From: an uncultured Candidatus Entotheonella sp.
GTDB taxonomy: Bacteria; Tectomicrobia; Entotheonellia; Entotheonellales; Entotheonellaceae
Length of the DNA: 64,000 nt
Direction of reading: 5' to 3'
Assembly (NCBI GenBank): GCA_965215335.1
Contig: CBDCDA010000001.1
Coordinates: 416,001-480,000 of the forward strand
The translations under genes and the position numbers were made by a program. Below the pieces are notes generated by a model. It saw only the letters and a program-made list of their open reading frames with translations, had not been told where the DNA came from and searched no databases. Positions 60,819 through 64,000 of the stretch are shown here, in pieces. Positions within the stretch are counted from its first letter, which is position 1. Each line of letters opens with the position of its first letter.

Positions 60819-61364
60819 ATGGATATCCATATCGATACGCAGCATTTCGACATTCCTGACGACCTGCGAACCACGATCACCGCCTCGCTAGAGAAGCTCA
60901 ACGCCCGACACGACGACATCATCCACGCGCGCGTGTCGCTCGTGAAGAGCACGCACCACCAACACGGCAGCGACGAAGCCCGCTTCATGCTCTCCATGGC
61001 GCGCCGCAAGCTCATCCAGGCCTCCAAAGTCGGCAAGGACGTCAACGACGCGGTCCATGACGCCTTGCAGACCCTGACCCGCGAGTTGTCCGATTTTCGC
61101 AGCAAACGCCGCGGGCTTGACAAGCAGCGCTTAAAGGCCGCCAAAGCAGGGCCTCGACTCTCCGGGCAAGTCGTCTACATTGCCCCTGAACAGGGCTACG
61201 GCTACGTCGATATCGGCGACGACGAAGAAATCCACTTCCTGCGCCACGTCGTCGTGGGCGACGCCTTCGAAATGATCAACGAAGGCACCGCCGTGGAAGT
61301 GGACGTGGTTGAAAATGGCTCCGGCTACGAAGCCACCCGGGTCGCGTTGCTGCAGAAGGGGTAA
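60819..61364 (+). CDS. HPF/RaiA ribosome-hibernation domain fused to a cold-shock domain
   Basis: MDIHI..QH N-terminal HPF-like region; GYGYV...EIHF CSD motifs. Confidence 0.85.
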   Translation: MDIHIDTQHFDIPDDLRTTITASLEKLNARHDDIIHARVSLVKSTHHQHGSDEARFMLSMARRKLIQASKVGKDVNDAVHDALQTLTRELSDFRSKRRGLDKQRLKAAKAGPRLSGQVVYIAPEQGYGYVDIGDDEEIHFLRHVVVGDAFEMINEGTAVEVDVVENGSGYEATRVALLQKG

Positions 61365-61401
61365 ACCACCTGCGACCAGCCTCCGTTACGCCCGCGAAAG
61401 C

Positions 61402-61424
61402 CGCCCTCAACCCTGTTGAGGGCG
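61402..61424. terminator. Stem-loop downstream of the HPF-CSD gene
   Basis: CGCCCTCAAC-CCT-GTTGAGGGCG, perfect 10-bp stem; no U-tract. Confidence 0.45.
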
Positions 61425-61894
61425 CGGGCGTGTCGGCTCACGCTGTGCGCTATCCGACTTGCTATCGCCTGAAGTCAGCCGACTTGTAAAACGCAGGCAT
61501 CACGTGTGAGACGAATTGGACTTGCTAACACCTAGCATTCAGTGTATCCACGTTAAAGCGAATTTTTCAGAATTCTCCTGAACTCTGCCTCGTGACTTTC
61601 GACAACCATGCGCCTTCTCATTCAGCAATGCCATGCCGGTCTCTAGGGAGAAGGACCGATGGCCCTGTATAAATCCCTTCATTTCAACATCATGTTGAAG
61701 TGTATATTTAGAGATGACTTGAATTATGCCCATAATTTCTAGCGATATTCTGTTTCAATTTTCCGACAGATCTGAATTGACACGATTCTTTCTGTTCATA
61801 GAGTCACATTCGTTTCACGCCTCATGTTGGCCTGTTCTTCACGGCGTGCGAATGAAATTGCCTGCGGCGTCCGTCATGGCTTCAGACGTATCGG

Positions 61895-62065
61895 CAACTG
61901 GAGCGCGGCCATGACGGACATCCTGACCGCCGGGCGATTGGAACTCGGCATTGCGCGCGGCACCTACAGCTACGAATACGCGTTGTGGATCGATTCGGGG
62001 GTGCGTCACGAACGCAAGGGCGTCGTTCGAGCGCTTCGTCAATGACGTCATGCCCGCATTTCATC
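61895..62065 (+). pseudogene. Internally deleted LLM (luciferase-like) oxidoreductase remnant
   Basis: [24 protein letters not shown] joined directly to LWIDSG and [12 protein letters not shown]. Confidence 0.65.
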
Positions 62066-62077
62066 AGGAGATTCACC

Positions 62078-62836
62078 ATGGGCAGACTCGACGGGAAGGT
62101 AGCATTCATCAGTGGGGGGGCGCGCGGCATGGGCGCCGCCGAGGCACGGCTGTTCGCCCGGGAAGGCGCCAGGGTCGCCCTTGGCGACGTCCTGGACGAC
62201 GAAGGCCGCCAGGTGGCAACGGAGATTGACGAAAGCGGCGGCGACTGCATCTTCGTTCACCTGGACGTGACCAGCGAGGCCAACTGGCAAGAAGCCATCG
62301 ACGTCACCGCCTCCCGCTTCGGCAGGCTGGACATCCTGGTCAACAACGCCGGCATCGGAGGCGTTGGCAGCCTGGTAGAAGAAACCTCCCTGGCGGACTG
62401 GGAGCGGGTCATGGCCGTCAACAGCACGGGCGTATTCCTGGGGACAAAGGCCGTCATCCCGGAGATGCGCAAGACGGGAGGCGGCTCCATCATCAACATC
62501 TCCTCCCAGCTGGGGCTGGTGGGCACCGACAACAGCACGCCCCAATACCAGGCGTCCAAGGGCGCCGTGCGTCTCTTCACCAAGGCGGCCGCTGTCCAGT
62601 ACGCCAGAGAGGGCATCCGGGTCAACTCCGTTCATCCCGGTCCGATTGTCACCCCCATGACCGCGGGGCGACGGTCCGACCCCGAAACCTACAACCTGAT
62701 GCTGTCGCGGATACCGCTCGGCAGGTTCGGCGAGCCTGAAGACGTCGCCAACGCCGTCCTCTACCTGGCCGCCGATGAGTCCGCCTACGTCACCGGTAGC
62801 GAGGTCGTGGTAGATGGTGGTTGGGTGGCCCAGTAG
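62078..62836 (+). CDS. SDR family oxidoreductase
   Basis: [24 protein letters not shown]. Confidence 0.94.
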   Translation: MGRLDGKVAFISGGARGMGAAEARLFAREGARVALGDVLDDEGRQVATEIDESGGDCIFVHLDVTSEANWQEAIDVTASRFGRLDILVNNAGIGGVGSLVEETSLADWERVMAVNSTGVFLGTKAVIPEMRKTGGGSIINISSQLGLVGTDNSTPQYQASKGAVRLFTKAAAVQYAREGIRVNSVHPGPIVTPMTAGRRSDPETYNLMLSRIPLGRFGEPEDVANAVLYLAADESAYVTGSEVVVDGGWVAQ

Positions 62837-62944
62837 AGGCTGCCAGTTGGATCATTCAGGCAGGTGTCGCCGCGCCGCGTCGAAAGCGAGCGCGTTGCAA
62901 GGCAAGTAGCAATCATCTTGGCCGGGCCCGTCGAGATATCGTAG

Positions 62945-63555
62945 CTACATCATCTGTAGAAAATTTCGGACATGACTGAAAACATTGTGCCGCAAGTCCA
63001 GTAACCCTTCTTTGCCGCCACGCCTACGGACAAATGGGGATCGGGCTTTGTTGTCAGATAGACACGAGCACGGGCCTTGTCCGGTCTGCTGAGGGACACG
63101 TCCGACAACTGTTCGACACACTTGAAAAAGCCATCGATGCATTGATCCACCGGAGTAGCCGCAAAGCTTTCGCAAAGGAGTGTCTCCAGCATACCCTGGC
63201 GACTTGCGTCGGGCAGTATCAGTGCTGTTACCGCTGGGCGGGTGCCAGTGCGCTTTTCGGGGCTGTCCGGCACAGGCAGTCCGGCGTTCTCCAACGAGGA
63301 CCGGACGCTTTGGAACGCCCCCGTGGGGGACGTTTCGGCGTCGCGGACAATGCCGATACGCTGAACAGTGCTACGAAAGTCGGGGGCATCCACAAGGGCG
63401 CGCAGAAAGCCACGCAGTTCGCGCACGCCGCCGAAGTCCTGAACCTGGATATTCTCAAGTGACAGATGTTCGATGAACACTTCGAAGAAATTGCGCTGAT
63501 CATTGCCCTCGACAAGAAGCTGAACCGGCGATTCGATTCGTATGGGTTTCGGCAT
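62945..63555 (-). CDS. DUF3226-like (TOPRIM-like) protein; probable 1-nt deletion near the 3' end
   Basis: LLVEGND, IGIVRDAE, GMLETL, DKA; the expected tail GYW-DLRHNVF...FL continues in another frame. Confidence 0.75.
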
Positions 63556-63556
63556 G

Positions 63557-64000
63557 TCAGCGCACCTCAAGACCGTGTCGGATTGCAGCGTCGATTGAAT
63601 CCGGTTCATAGGTGACACAGCGGCTCATCTCGCCGTCGGCTTCAAGCCGGTGCAACCGAAACCTGTCGGTGCTCAGGGATTCATGCGCCGCGGCCACGCA
63701 TTCAAGATTGTGCGTGGTGGCGAATATCTGTGTGCGAAACTGCCTGGCCGCCGTATCTATGGCCCGCCAGATATCGGACAGCACGGAGTGGTGAAAGCCG
63801 TTTTCAACCTCGTCTACCAGAACAACACCATTCGGTGTGGCGGCTATCGCCAGAACAATCCGGGCTATTTGGGTCATCCCCTCGCCCATGACGGACAGCG
63901 GCACCAGCTCGGACAACCCGATATCTCCCCAGATCATCGGTGTGCCACTTGACGAATTGTCCTCGATACTTTGCAGTCTCGGGTCGACGACCTGCAGTCC
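63557..64000 (-). CDS. AAA_21/ABC-type ATPase, C-terminal part; runs off the right edge
   Basis: MGEG signature, LVDEVENGFHH Walker B, QIFATTH, GLEVR tail; frame open to 64000. Confidence 0.88.
   Translation of the reverse strand, partial: GLQVVDPRLQSIEDNSSSGTPMIWGDIGLSELVPLSVMGEGMTQIARIVLAIAATPNGVVLVDEVENGFHHSVLSDIWRAIDTAARQFRTQIFATTHNLECVAAAHESLSTDRFRLHRLEADGEMSRCVTYEPDSIDAAIRHGLEVR

Overview
GC-rich bacterial chromosome segment; the gene content resembles marine sponge-symbiont-type genomes (inference only). The core carries metabolic genes: a Liv-type ABC transporter with an acyl-CoA ligase, sugar ABC permeases, SDRs, a thiolase/DUF35/acyl-CoA dehydrogenase cluster, a pentaheme cytochrome, riboflavin synthase, a serC-trmB-deoxyhypusine synthase-like-GT2 operon and the F420 genes cofD-cofC-cofE-npdG. 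Four accessory, defence-like patches are present. (1) Left edge: a coupled operon of a PAPS-reductase-like (PP-loop, Cys-rich) protein, an SF2 helicase and a MORC/GHKL ATPase missed by the ORF track. (2) A frameshifted GmrSD-like gene at 33.8-35.5 kb. (3) A ~15 kb island downstream of tRNA-Arg(TCT) with a Type ISP R-M gene, an ApeA-like HEPN gene bracketed by a duplicated Type ISP 3' end, a Uma2 nuclease, PIN/HTH, TA/IS/resolvase remnants, a MITE and a 1.9 kb duplication carrying two secreted 15-aa-repeat proteins. (4) An ABC-ATPase plus DUF3226-like pair at the right edge. Several single-base frameshifts may be sequencing errors. All family calls come from motif recognition; no database search was run.
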